From: Patescibacteria group bacterium
GTDB lineage: Bacteria; Patescibacteriota; Patescibacteriia; Patescibacteriales; JBAZCA01
Assembly (NCBI GenBank): GCA_041671125.1
Contig: JBAZCA010000003.1
Coordinates: forward strand, 64,689 to 128,688
Direction: 5' to 3'
DNA length: 64,000 bases
How positions within the stretch are numbered: the first letter of the stretch is position 1; each line of letters opens with the position of its first letter. Shown here in pieces: positions 44,102-53,087 of the stretch. Below the pieces are notes generated by a model that had not been told where the DNA came from, did no database searches, and saw nothing but the letters and a program-made list of their open reading frames with translations. Made by a program: the position numbers and the translations under genes.

Positions 44102-44389
44102 ATGAAAAATTTTTTGAAAAGACAGGTGAAATTAATGAGATTTGTCGCCATACTTTTTCGCCTATCAATGATTGGCATGACTGCAGGCTATGGCCTGCAA
44201 TTTGCCAAGGTTATTGTCCAAGACGATGTTCGCGGTGTTTCTCTAATTGGCTTTGCCGTACTTGTTATAAATCAAGTAGTAATCATGCTCCACGGCTGGG
44301 TTAATCTTGAAGAAAAAAGCTATCTGATTCTGGTTGCCAATATTATCTTTTGTGTTGGTATTATGATAAGGGCTTATAATCTGCAATAA
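44102..44389 (+). CDS. Small 3-TM membrane protein, SemiSWEET/PQ-loop-like
   Basis: Start chosen at the ATG with AAGGAG 9 nt upstream. Size (~95 aa) and the pattern [18 protein letters not shown]...HGW...LVAN resemble the SemiSWEET layout, with Leu in place of the PQ proline. Confidence 0.45.
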   Translation: MKNFLKRQVKLMRFVAILFRLSMIGMTAGYGLQFAKVIVQDDVRGVSLIGFAVLVINQVVIMLHGWVNLEEKSYLILVANIIFCVGIMIRAYNLQ

Positions 44390-44396
44390 CAATAAG

Positions 44397-45284
44397 ATGA
44401 AAGGAAAAATCATGAAAATACTGAAACTCGGCATCCCCAAAGGCAGTCTCCAGGAATCCACGATCCGGCTTTTCCGCCAGGCCGGCTGGAAAATCTCTCT
44501 TTCAGATCGGAGCTATTTTCCCGAAATCAACGACCCGGAAATCAAGTGCTTCCTCAACCGCGCCCAGGAGATATCGGGCTATGTTGAGAACGGTGCCCTT
44601 GATGTGGGGTTGACCGGACGCGACTGGATCATGGAAAACGACTCCGACGTGGAGGTCGTCGCGGACTTGATTTATTCCAAAGTGAGCCAGCGTCCGGCGC
44701 GATGGGTACTGGCCGTTCCCATGGATTCCCCGATCCAGGAACTGAACGATCTTCAGGGAAAAAAGATCTCAACAGAACTGGTTAATTTTACCAGGCGTTA
44801 TTTCGCGGCAAAAGAGATCAATGTAGACGTGGAGTTCTCGTGGGGCGCCACGGAAGCCAAGGTGATCTCGGGGCTTTGCGACGCCATCGTGGAAGTGACT
44901 GAAACCGGCGCCACCATGCGCGCCAACGGACTCCGCATCGTGAAGGAGCTTATGCAGTCTAATACCCAGCTCATTGTCAATAAGCAGGCATGGGAAGACC
45001 CTTGGAAACGAAAAAAGATAAAACAAATTTCCCTGCTTTTAGGGGGCGCTCTCCGTGCCGAAAACCTCGTCTGCCTCAAAATGAACGTCTCGGAAGACAA
45101 GATCAACGCTGTAATCGAATTATTACCCAGCCTGAACGCGCCCACCATCGCCCATCTGTATCAGTCCACCTGGCTTTCGGTGGAAACGGTGGTGTCCAAG
45201 AATGAAGTTCGGGAGTTGATCCCCAAACTCATCAAACGAGGCGCCGAAGGCATAATCGAGTATTCGCTCAACAAGGTAATCTGA
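44397..45284 (+). CDS. hisG: ATP phosphoribosyltransferase, long form
   Basis: [46 protein letters not shown] and a C-terminal regulatory domain. GC-rich codon usage. Confidence 0.85.
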   Translation: MKGKIMKILKLGIPKGSLQESTIRLFRQAGWKISLSDRSYFPEINDPEIKCFLNRAQEISGYVENGALDVGLTGRDWIMENDSDVEVVADLIYSKVSQRPARWVLAVPMDSPIQELNDLQGKKISTELVNFTRRYFAAKEINVDVEFSWGATEAKVISGLCDAIVEVTETGATMRANGLRIVKELMQSNTQLIVNKQAWEDPWKRKKIKQISLLLGGALRAENLVCLKMNVSEDKINAVIELLPSLNAPTIAHLYQSTWLSVETVVSKNEVRELIPKLIKRGAEGIIEYSLNKVI

Positions 45285-45338
45285 CGACATATCCTGTGAT
45301 ATCATCGCAGGGCGGCCTACAGACTTTTTAAGCGCCTG

Positions 45339-45375
45339 AGCGGGCAAGAACCACCACATTCTTGCCCGCTTTTTC
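45339..45375 (+). terminator. Rho-independent terminator after hisG
   Basis: 12-bp stem agcgggcaagaa/ttcttgcccgct followed by a T-run. Confidence 0.85.
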
Positions 45376-45861
45376 TTTTTCCAGATTATTGAAAGGCTGA
45401 AATCTTATTGATACTGCCAAACTATAAAACTGCGTTATGTCCACAAAACTGTGGACATTGCGAACTGTGGATAAGAATTGGATAAATGAGTTATGTCCAG
45501 AGAACTGTGGACATAACTCTAATAAATAATTAGAGTTTGTTACAGACCAAATATTTTAGCTTTATAATAAAAAATATATATTATTAGCTAAAATTTTCAA
45601 TAATATATTATAACATAAAAAGAGTTATGTCCACAAAACTCTGGACATAACTCTTAAATGACTTACCGTGTTCCACAACTTGTGGATAACCTGTGAGTTA
45701 AATTTTTCTGGGTAAAGGTTTTTAGGGAAACGACTCTTTAGCCGACTAGTCTTTTTCTGACAAAGGCAAAGCCTGATCCTTGTTTAAGATATTTTTTAAA
45801 ATCAGGTTATTTTTCTTTTTGAGAACTAATTTTGTGCTTGTGTAATGCGATTTTGACGTAG

Positions 45862-45938
<77 letters not shown>

Positions 45939-45968
45939 TATTTATTTCGTGAACTTAACCCTGAAGCG

Positions 45969-46029
45969 CTACCCACCCGAACGACCGGTGTCGTCCGGTC
46001 GGGCGGGTAGCCAACTAAGCTATAAGCCC
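45969..46029 (-). pseudogene. 5' fragment of tRNA-Ala (acceptor strand + D-arm/loop) fused to a GC-rich hairpin
   Basis: 46008-46029 tagccaactaagctataagccc matches 21/22 nt of the tRNA-Ala 5' region. It abuts the hairpin ctacccacccgaacgaccggtgtcgtccggtcgggcgggtag. Confidence 0.65.
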
Positions 46030-46343
46030 GAATAATATATTCTGACAATGATTCCCTTAACTCACGATAGATTTATAAATGACCATTAATATAGACACAG
46101 CTTATCCACAGCTTAATCAAAACTTAATAAAAAATAAATACTTTGCTAATATTAGCCAAAATAGTTAAAAACTATTTTACTTCCTTCCACGGTTTTTCAC
46201 ACTTATCTCCAGCTTATCAACAGCTTAACCAGAGGTTAATTTTTATCTAATTTTTGACTTATGTCCAGAAAACTCTGGACATAAAAACCCGACTTATCCA
46301 CATCTCAATTAACAATGCAAATTGACAATTGTCAATTCCCGTG

Positions 46344-46415
46344 TGTCCTCAACAGGAATCGAACCTGTATCTAGGGCTTAGGAGTCCCTTGTTCTATCCA
46401 TTAAACTATGAGGAC
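46344..46415 (-). tRNA. tRNA-Arg (CCT)
   Basis: Reverse complement is GTCCTCATAGTTTAATGGATAGAACAAGGGACTCCTAAGCCCTAGATACAGGTTCGATTCCTGTTGAGGACA. There is one A/G mismatch at the base of the anticodon stem. CCA is not encoded. Confidence 0.75.
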
Positions 46416-46701
46416 AAGAGTGCCAGCCGGGAGCCTGTTAAAAAAATTTCTTAGAAATTGTGTCTAAAAAAACATACAACATAGCTCTGGCTATGCTTAT
46501 TTGAGATAACCGCAAACTACTCATTCAGTCATCCCAATATTAATATAGTTAATTACCGACTAAATGTCAATGTTGTTTTTCCTTTGGAATTGCTTTAAAC
46601 TCTAACTAACGGCCATTCGCGCGCCATCAAGCCAAAACGCTAAACGCTAAAATTCTAACTTTTTTTGGAATAAAATTAATAAAATAAATAATTATAAAAC
46701 T

Positions 46702-47106
46702 ATGTTTGCCAAAACAAACGATAACTCCGGCATGAATTTAAAAGAAGTGGAAACTATTGTCGGCCCGTCAGTAAAAGTAAAAGGAGATTTCCATTGCGGG
46801 GGCAATATTATTGTTGAGGGCGAAGTGGAAGGAAATCTGATGTGCGGAAATGTATTGCAGATAAAAAGCGGCTCAAGGATAACCGCCGACGTTTCAGCCA
46901 AAGAAGCGGTAATCGGCGGCGAAGTAAAAGGCAACATAAAAGTCAGCGGCTTTCTTGAAATAACGGAAACCGCGAAAATCCTTGGCGACATAGAAGCGGG
47001 GATAGTGTCCATTGCCAGGGGCGCGGTTTTTAACGGCAACTGTTCAATGGCTAAAGAGCGCCAAAACGGCAAAGAAGGAAGAAAAGCTGAGGAGCGCCAT
47101 GAATAA
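46702..47106 (+). CDS. Bactofilin (polymer-forming cytoskeletal protein)
   Basis: Repeats GDFHCGGNIIVEGEVEGNL...ADVSAKEAVIGGEVKGNIKVSGFLEI...ILGDIEAG. Confidence 0.85.
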   Translation: MFAKTNDNSGMNLKEVETIVGPSVKVKGDFHCGGNIIVEGEVEGNLMCGNVLQIKSGSRITADVSAKEAVIGGEVKGNIKVSGFLEITETAKILGDIEAGIVSIARGAVFNGNCSMAKERQNGKEGRKAEERHE

Positions 47107-47156
47107 AAAAGGGCGTCCAACAGGCGCGATCCTCCCGGGAAAAACGCCTTAAATTT

Positions 47157-47906
47157 ATGCACGTTTATATCTACGACACATTTCTGAGCGATAAAAAATT
47201 CGCGCGAACTTTAGCTAAAATTGAAGCTAGGATTACTGATCTTGGCTTAAGCGGAAAAGTCGGCCGGCTCGGAGTAACAAAGAAAACTTTTGATTTGGTT
47301 AAAGACGAAATCAAAAGAGGCGCTAAAACAATTATCGCGGTGGGAAACGACGAGACCGTGGAAAAAATCGTCCGCTGCATGCCCGGAGCAAAAACCCCGC
47401 TCGGGATCATTCCGATCGGCAAAGAAAACCGTATCGCCGAAAGCCTCGGCATCCCCTCCGAGCTTGAAGCCTGCGACATCCTGTCCGCCAGGAGAGTTGA
47501 AAAAATCGGCCTCGGGGTTATCGGCGATTTTTATTTTCTTTCAAAAATATCAACCACCTCCGACAATTTAAAACTCCAACTGGACAGCGGCTATTCCGTT
47601 GAGCTTAAGCGAAGCGGACCGGTTATCAGCATCGTTAACCTGCCCACCGCCGATATCGCCCTTCCCGAGGGTTTTTGTTTCAGCCCGCAGGACGGACTTT
47701 TAAGACTCTTAATTGAAGCGCGGGAAAAAAAGAACGTCATCTTTAGTCGTAAAAATTTTGAGAGCGTTTTTGCTTTCAGTAAAGCGACAGTGAAAAGCGC
47801 CAAGCCGATAATCTTTAATGACCTGATTAAGGTGAGCGGCGCGATTGAAATTGAGGCCAAAAAAAATGCCTTAAGCGTTATTGTGGGGAAGAACCGCAAG
47901 TTTTAA
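47157..47906 (+). CDS. Diacylglycerol-kinase-catalytic-domain-like protein with degenerate motifs
   Basis: IIAVGNDETVEKIV...PLGIIPIGKENRIAESLGIP parallels the GGDGT...PLGxIPxGTGNDFA pattern of the DAGK/YegS family, but the key Gly/Asp residues are substituted. Confidence 0.5.
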   Translation: MHVYIYDTFLSDKKFARTLAKIEARITDLGLSGKVGRLGVTKKTFDLVKDEIKRGAKTIIAVGNDETVEKIVRCMPGAKTPLGIIPIGKENRIAESLGIPSELEACDILSARRVEKIGLGVIGDFYFLSKISTTSDNLKLQLDSGYSVELKRSGPVISIVNLPTADIALPEGFCFSPQDGLLRLLIEAREKKNVIFSRKNFESVFAFSKATVKSAKPIIFNDLIKVSGAIEIEAKKNALSVIVGKNRKF

Positions 47907-47934
47907 ATAGGGCTTTTGCCGGATCATTTTAACT

Positions 47935-48666
47935 TCAGCCGGCGGAATTTTCGCTGGTTTTTTTCTGTTTAAAAATGTAAACCTGCTGTAAGGCTGTTAA
48001 GACGGTTGTAACCAACCAGTAAAGCGCCAACCCGGCCGGTAGTGTCGCTCCGATAAAAACCGTCATGGCCGGCATGAAATAAAGCATTTGTTTGTTCATG
48101 ATAGCGGCAAAATCTTCGTCTTTAGCTCCCGGATCCTTTACTTCCGCCCGCTTAGTGCTCATCATCTTCGCCTGCCAAAACTGAGCCGCCCCGGCCAGTA
48201 TCGCGAGAATATAATTGGGCTTATTTAAGTCTAAAATGCCTAAAAACATCGTATTAACCTGCTCGGGCTGGCTAACAAAAGAGTAGAGCAGGCTGGAGGT
48301 TTTTTCATTGATACCGGCTTTAAAAACCTGAAAAATCGCGATTAAAAAAGGAAATTGGACTAATAGCGGCAGGCAGGACGAAAACGGATTAACTTTATGT
48401 TCTTTATAAAGGCTTAGCATGGCCCGACCCATCTCGTCTTTTTTATCCTTATATTTAGCCTTAAGTTCATCAATCTTCGGCTGAAGATCCTGCAGGGATT
48501 TCTGGGATTTTATGGAACTTTTGGAAAGCGGCAGAAGCGCCAGCCTAATAAGGGCGGTGAGGATAATAATAGCAAAACCAAGGTCATAGCCCGGCAGATG
48601 GCCGGTAATAAAAACCAACAAATTTAAAATGGGGCGATAGAATATTTCATGATAAAGGAATGTCAT
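47935..48666 (-). CDS. yidC: Membrane protein insertase YidC (short form)
   Basis: ALLPLS.KS..S...L..LQP....LK.KYKDD pattern and NPFSSCLPLLVQFP. Confidence 0.9.
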   Translation of the reverse strand: MTFLYHEIFYRPILNLLVFITGHLPGYDLGFAIIILTALIRLALLPLSKSSIKSQKSLQDLQPKIDELKAKYKDKKDEMGRAMLSLYKEHKVNPFSSCLPLLVQFPFLIAIFQVFKAGINEKTSSLLYSFVSQPEQVNTMFLGILDLNKPNYILAILAGAAQFWQAKMMSTKRAEVKDPGAKDEDFAAIMNKQMLYFMPAMTVFIGATLPAGLALYWLVTTVLTALQQVYIFKQKKTSENSAG

Positions 48667-48714
48667 ATCTGATTAATGATTCAATTTTAAAATTGATTAT
48701 TAATAATTGATAAT

Positions 48715-48972
48715 TTATTTAACCGGATCGTGGCCGCCCTTATTCCAGGGATTACAGCGCAGTACCCGCCAAACCGCCATGGCGCCGCCTTTTGCGAGGC
48801 CATGCCTGGTTATCGCGTCTATGGCATACTGCGAACAGCTTGGCTGGAAGCGGCAATAACCGTAAGGAAACAGGTATTTAAAAAGGCCATGGTCAAAAGA
48901 AAGGGTTTTTTGATAAATCCGTATCAGGATTACGGCCAAATGGCGGGGATAATATTTTATCAGGTTTTTCAT
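48715..48972 (-). CDS. yidD: Membrane protein insertion efficiency factor YidD
   Basis: IRIYQKTLS....CRFQPSCSQYAIDAI..HG...G......R.LRCNPW..GG.DPV. Confidence 0.9.
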   Translation of the reverse strand: MKNLIKYYPRHLAVILIRIYQKTLSFDHGLFKYLFPYGYCRFQPSCSQYAIDAITRHGLAKGGAMAVWRVLRCNPWNKGGHDPVK

Positions 48973-48993
48973 TTTTACATTCGCCTCCGGCTC

Positions 48994-49347
48994 TTAACCA
49001 ACCGCTTTTTTATACAGCTTCAGCCTGGTAAACAAGTGCCTTAAATTGCTTTTGATTTCCCGGTAATTCTTTTCAATAATCGCCGGCCGGCAGACAACGG
49101 CGCAATCATAGCCGGATTTTAAAAGGTCCATTTCCGCTAAAAGAATCTGGCGGATCCGTCTTTTTATTTTATTTCTGACGGTCGCTTTTTTTGAAACTTT
49201 AACGCTCGTTAAAATGCCAAAACGGCTTATATCTAAGTCGTTTTTCGCGCATTTTAGACCAATAAAATCCGTATAAGCGGCTTTTCCTCCGGAAAATACC
49301 CGGTCAAATTCTTTGTTCTTAGTCAATTTTAACGGTTTAGGGAGCAT
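48994..49347 (-). CDS. rnpA: Ribonuclease P protein component
   Basis: 117 aa, basic, with the KATVRNKIKRRIR motif. Located between rpmH and yidD. Confidence 0.85.
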   Translation of the reverse strand: MLPKPLKLTKNKEFDRVFSGGKAAYTDFIGLKCAKNDLDISRFGILTSVKVSKKATVRNKIKRRIRQILLAEMDLLKSGYDCAVVCRPAIIEKNYREIKSNLRHLFTRLKLYKKAVG

Positions 49348-49376
49348 AGGGTAAGCCGAAGAAATGGCTGAAGAAT

Positions 49377-49514
49377 TTACTTGGTGATTTTCTTTCTGCC
49401 CTTATCCTTTCTTCTTTTTATAACTTTTCGTCCATTTTTAGTCAGCATCCGTTTTCTAAAACCATGTTTTTTCTTAGCCTGTTTCTTTTTAGGCTGGAAG
49501 GTTCTTTTTGGCAT
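49377..49514 (-). CDS. rpmH: 50S ribosomal protein L34 (not in the supplied ORF track)
   Basis: Hand translation: [45 protein letters not shown]. Confidence 0.9.
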   Translation of the reverse strand: MPKRTFQPKKKQAKKKHGFRKRMLTKNGRKVIKRRKDKGRKKITK

Positions 49515-49767
49515 AAGCTCAAAGTTAAAAGTATAAAATTTTCCGCCCGAGGCGGATCCGCCTTTGGCGGAAAAGTTAAAAGCTTTAAGTTAATGCTCGT
49601 CAATCCGGCTTTTTAACTCCCAGCTTTTAACTTTCAACTGTTCTAAAGATAACATCCGAAGCCGCTTTAGTCAATAAAAAGTAAAACGCGCCCCTCTCCT
49701 GATAAATATCTATTGCATATTTTTTTCTCTGCCTATAGAATAGGAATACGGCAATTTAAAAAAACCG

Positions 49768-49796
49768 TTATCCACTCTTTCCACAGGTTATCAACA
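49768..49796 (+). promoter_or_regulatory. DnaA-box-like cluster upstream of dnaA
   Basis: TTATCCACt (49768-49776), cTtTCCACA (49777-49785) and TTATCaACA (49788-49796). Confidence 0.6.
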
Positions 49797-49955
49797 GGTT
49801 GTGAACTTTCTATTTTTTTCCCTTTGCATTATAATTCATTTTACCAGCTTCGGCGCGCAAGATAACCAGCAGAAACGCGCCGCGGCGAGTCTCTGCCACA
49901 ATTTTTTTTAATCAACGAATTTCTCTTAAAAATTCATTATTTTAAACAGATCCCT

Positions 49956-51302
49956 ATGGAAAAGGAGCAAATTTGGCAAGTGGTTCTGGGTGAGATTGAA
50001 CTGACTTTGTCGCGGGCGAATTTCACCACCTGGTTTAAAAACACATCCATATCCGAGATTCAGGAAGACCGGATAATTATCAGCGTACCTAATAATTTCA
50101 CGAAAACCTGGCTGGAAAAAAAATACCACAAAGAAATTTCCCTGGCCCTGGAACGGATTATTAATAAAAAAATCCGGGAGATTATTTATAAAATTGAAAC
50201 TATTAAAAGGGATAATGGAAGCGGCAACCGGACGGGAGGAACGACCAACGGCGCCTATGAATCTTTTGATCCCCAGCCGCAAAACCGTTTTGGCCTTAAC
50301 AACCGCTATACTTTTGAAAATTTTATTGTCGGCAAAGGCAATGAGCTGGCTCACGCGGCCTGCCAAGCGGTAGCGGCAAACCCCGGCCGAGCCTATAACC
50401 CGTTATTTATCTACGGCGGCGTCGGCCTCGGAAAAACCCACCTCATCCAGGCAGTCGGGCATGAGCTGGCGAAAAAAACCAGTAAAATACTTTTTGTTAC
50501 CAGTGAAAAATTCACCAATGATTACGTCCAGGCGGTTCGGAACGGCCGAGCCAAAGAATTTAAAGACACTTACCGGAACGTTGATTTATTTTTAGTGGAC
50601 GATATCCAGTTTATAAGCGGCAAAGAAAGCACCCAGGAAGAATTTTTCCACACCTTTAACGAACTGCACCAGTCAAACAAGCAGGTTGTTGTCGCTTCTG
50701 ACCGGCCGCCAAAATCCATTCCTAACCTGGAAAAACGCCTGCTGTCCCGTTTTGAGTGGGGCATGATTGCCGATGTTTCCCAGCCTGATCTTGAGACCCG
50801 CGTCGCCATATTGGACGCTAAGTGCCACGAGCGAAACTTCCTTATTCCGGTTGATCTCTTAAATTACGTAGCTGAAAACGTAGTTTCTAATATCAGGGAG
50901 TTAGAAGGGGTTTTAAATCGCCTAATCGCCTACCATGAATTTAACAACACCAAGCCCACTCTGGACAGCTTAAAGCAGGTTTTAAGCGGCATTGTCGCGG
51001 CCTCAGTTCGCCCCACCTCTTCAAAAAGAATCATTGAGGCAGTATCTGGTTTTTACGAAGCGCCAATTAATGACATTACCGGAAAAAGCCGAAAAAAAGA
51101 ATTAGTCAAACCGCGGCAGATAATCATGTATCTTTTGCGCACTGAACTAAATATTTCTTACCCAACTATTGGCAACGAACTCGGGGGAAGGGATCATACT
51201 ACCGCCATGCACGCGTTTGTAAAGATGAGCAAAGAAGTAGAAGAAAACGCCCGCGTCAAGCAGGAAATTGAAGCTATTAAGCAATTAATCAGTAGTGGAT
51301 AA
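49956..51302 (+). CDS. dnaA: Chromosomal replication initiator protein DnaA
   Basis: AAA+ motifs NPLFIYGGVGLGKTHL and LLVDDIQF. C-terminal HTH GRDHTTAMHA. Confidence 0.95.
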   Translation: MEKEQIWQVVLGEIELTLSRANFTTWFKNTSISEIQEDRIIISVPNNFTKTWLEKKYHKEISLALERIINKKIREIIYKIETIKRDNGSGNRTGGTTNGAYESFDPQPQNRFGLNNRYTFENFIVGKGNELAHAACQAVAANPGRAYNPLFIYGGVGLGKTHLIQAVGHELAKKTSKILFVTSEKFTNDYVQAVRNGRAKEFKDTYRNVDLFLVDDIQFISGKESTQEEFFHTFNELHQSNKQVVVASDRPPKSIPNLEKRLLSRFEWGMIADVSQPDLETRVAILDAKCHERNFLIPVDLLNYVAENVVSNIRELEGVLNRLIAYHEFNNTKPTLDSLKQVLSGIVAASVRPTSSKRIIEAVSGFYEAPINDITGKSRKKELVKPRQIIMYLLRTELNISYPTIGNELGGRDHTTAMHAFVKMSKEVEENARVKQEIEAIKQLISSG

Positions 51303-51332
51303 GCTGTGCGCGGCCGGGTAAAAGATTTTTAC

Positions 51333-51530
51333 TTATACACAGATTTTTCACCCAAAGCCGCATCTTAGTCTTACGCACTTTTAGTTAACAGCCCCCTTCC
51401 ATAGGTTTTACACAGCTTATCAGAACAAAAATTTAACCAATCTTAAGATTAAATTAAGCTTTTTTCAGTTTTTCCACAGCCCTTATTATTATTACTATAT
51501 TATATAAATAATATATCTCTAATTATTAAC
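51333..51530. promoter_or_regulatory. dnaA-dnaN intergenic DnaA boxes plus AT-rich tract (classical oriC candidate)
   Basis: TTATaCACA (51333-51341), TTtTaCACA (51407-51415) and TTtTCCACA (51470-51478), followed by an almost pure A/T tract at 51481-51530. Confidence 0.6.
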
Positions 51531-51583
51531 AAGCCGCATTTTAGGGGATAACTTCTTTACCGATAATTTGCCGGTTAGTGAAT

Positions 51584-52720
51584 ATGAAAATTTCCATATT
51601 GCAAAAAAATTTTAAACAAGGCTTGGGGTTGGTGGGAAGCGTTACTGGTAAGCATATTAATTTACCTATTCTTAATAATATCCTGATCCGGGCGGAAGCC
51701 GGCGTAATTAGCCTGGTTTCAACTAACCTGGAAATTGGCATCACCCACGTCATTAGGGGAAAAATTGAAAAAGAAGGCGGTTATACCGTGGATTCAAAAA
51801 TTCTCGCCAACTACGTCGGACTTTTGCCGAACGAAAAAGTGGAGATAGAACAAAAAGACGCGCAAATTCTTGTTCGTTGCGGAAAATATAACACAAAAAT
51901 AAACGGCCAGCCGGTGGATGATTTTCCTCTTATCCCTAATGTTGGTCGGGAAACTTTCTACACCATTAACAGTGCTGATGAATTTAAAAATGCCCTGTCC
52001 CAGGCAATTTTTTCGGTTTCAACCAGTGAATCTAGGCTGGAATTATCCGGAGTGCTTTTTTCTTTTTCCGGTGATAAGCTAATCCTTGCGGCGACTGACA
52101 GTTACCGGCTGGCGGAAAAAAAAATAAATATAAAAAGCAATGCTAAGGACGGGGTGGAGCAAAAAGTGATTGTTCCAGCCCGAACAGTTCAGGAAGTGAT
52201 AAGAATTCTTTCCGGTCTTAACGAGAGTGACGTGATGGAAGAGGAAAAAGAGATTAAATGTTTTATTTCGGAAAACCAGGCGCTGTTTAAAATCGGCGGA
52301 ACCGAGCTGGTTTCCCGGCTAATTGACGGACAATTTCCGGATTACGCGCAGATTATCCCGGAAAAACCAAGGACGACAATAATAGTTAATCGCCAGGAGT
52401 TTTTAAGGGCGGTAAAGGCTTCGTCAATTTTTACCAGAAGCGACGTGAATGATATAAATTTGGATATCCCTGAAGGTAAATCAAAGCTGGTAATTTCTTC
52501 ATCATCGGACTATGTTGGCGAAAACGTGGTTGAGGTGGAGGCGGCGGCTAAGGGGGCGGATAATTGCCTGGTTTTAAACTACCGCTACCTCATAGACGGC
52601 CTGAATAACATTAAAGATGAAACCGTGATAATGGAAATCGTGGATAATAATTCGCCCTGCATAATCAGACCGGAAAGCGATCCGGATTATTTATACATTA
52701 TCATGCCGATTAAAAGATAA
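51584..52720 (+). CDS. dnaN: DNA polymerase III beta subunit (sliding clamp)
   Basis: Three-domain clamp pattern (LVSTNLEIGI, ATDSYRLA, GQFPDY, MPI). The ATG at 51584 is preferred over the GTG at 51578. Confidence 0.9.
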   Translation: MKISILQKNFKQGLGLVGSVTGKHINLPILNNILIRAEAGVISLVSTNLEIGITHVIRGKIEKEGGYTVDSKILANYVGLLPNEKVEIEQKDAQILVRCGKYNTKINGQPVDDFPLIPNVGRETFYTINSADEFKNALSQAIFSVSTSESRLELSGVLFSFSGDKLILAATDSYRLAEKKINIKSNAKDGVEQKVIVPARTVQEVIRILSGLNESDVMEEEKEIKCFISENQALFKIGGTELVSRLIDGQFPDYAQIIPEKPRTTIIVNRQEFLRAVKASSIFTRSDVNDINLDIPEGKSKLVISSSSDYVGENVVEVEAAAKGADNCLVLNYRYLIDGLNNIKDETVIMEIVDNNSPCIIRPESDPDYLYIIMPIKR

Positions 52721-52738
52721 AAAATAACATTTAAAATT

Positions 52739-53029
52739 ATGGGAGTTGACAACAAAAACGTCTGGCATTCAACCGATAATGCCAAGGATTTAGGAAAATC
52801 AGTTAGTCAAATTGAGTTGGGTAGTCGGGCTGATGGGGTTTTGGCTGATTTTATTAAGCAGCATGAGACTGAAATAGATCAAGAATTAAACACTATGGGC
52901 GAAGTGCTTGATCTGGACGTCGTTGATGACCATGAAATGCTTTTTAGTGTTTTAACAAAAATGATTAATGAAAAAGACCTAAAAAAAAGAAGCAAGATTG
53001 CTCGGGAAGAGTTGAAGCAACTATTATAA
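52739..53029 (+). CDS. Hypothetical acidic protein
   Basis: 96-aa ORF followed by a strong terminator. No family recognised. Confidence 0.5.
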   Translation: MGVDNKNVWHSTDNAKDLGKSVSQIELGSRADGVLADFIKQHETEIDQELNTMGEVLDLDVVDDHEMLFSVLTKMINEKDLKKRSKIAREELKQLL

Positions 53030-53047
53030 CAACCAACACAATTAAAA

Positions 53048-53075
53048 ACACCGCCAAGGCGCTTGGCGGTGTTTT
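53048..53075. terminator. Bidirectional terminator
   Basis: 11-bp stem acaccgccaag/cttggcggtgt flanked by an A-run and a T-run. Confidence 0.85.
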
Positions 53076-53087
53076 GCGTCTAGAAAG

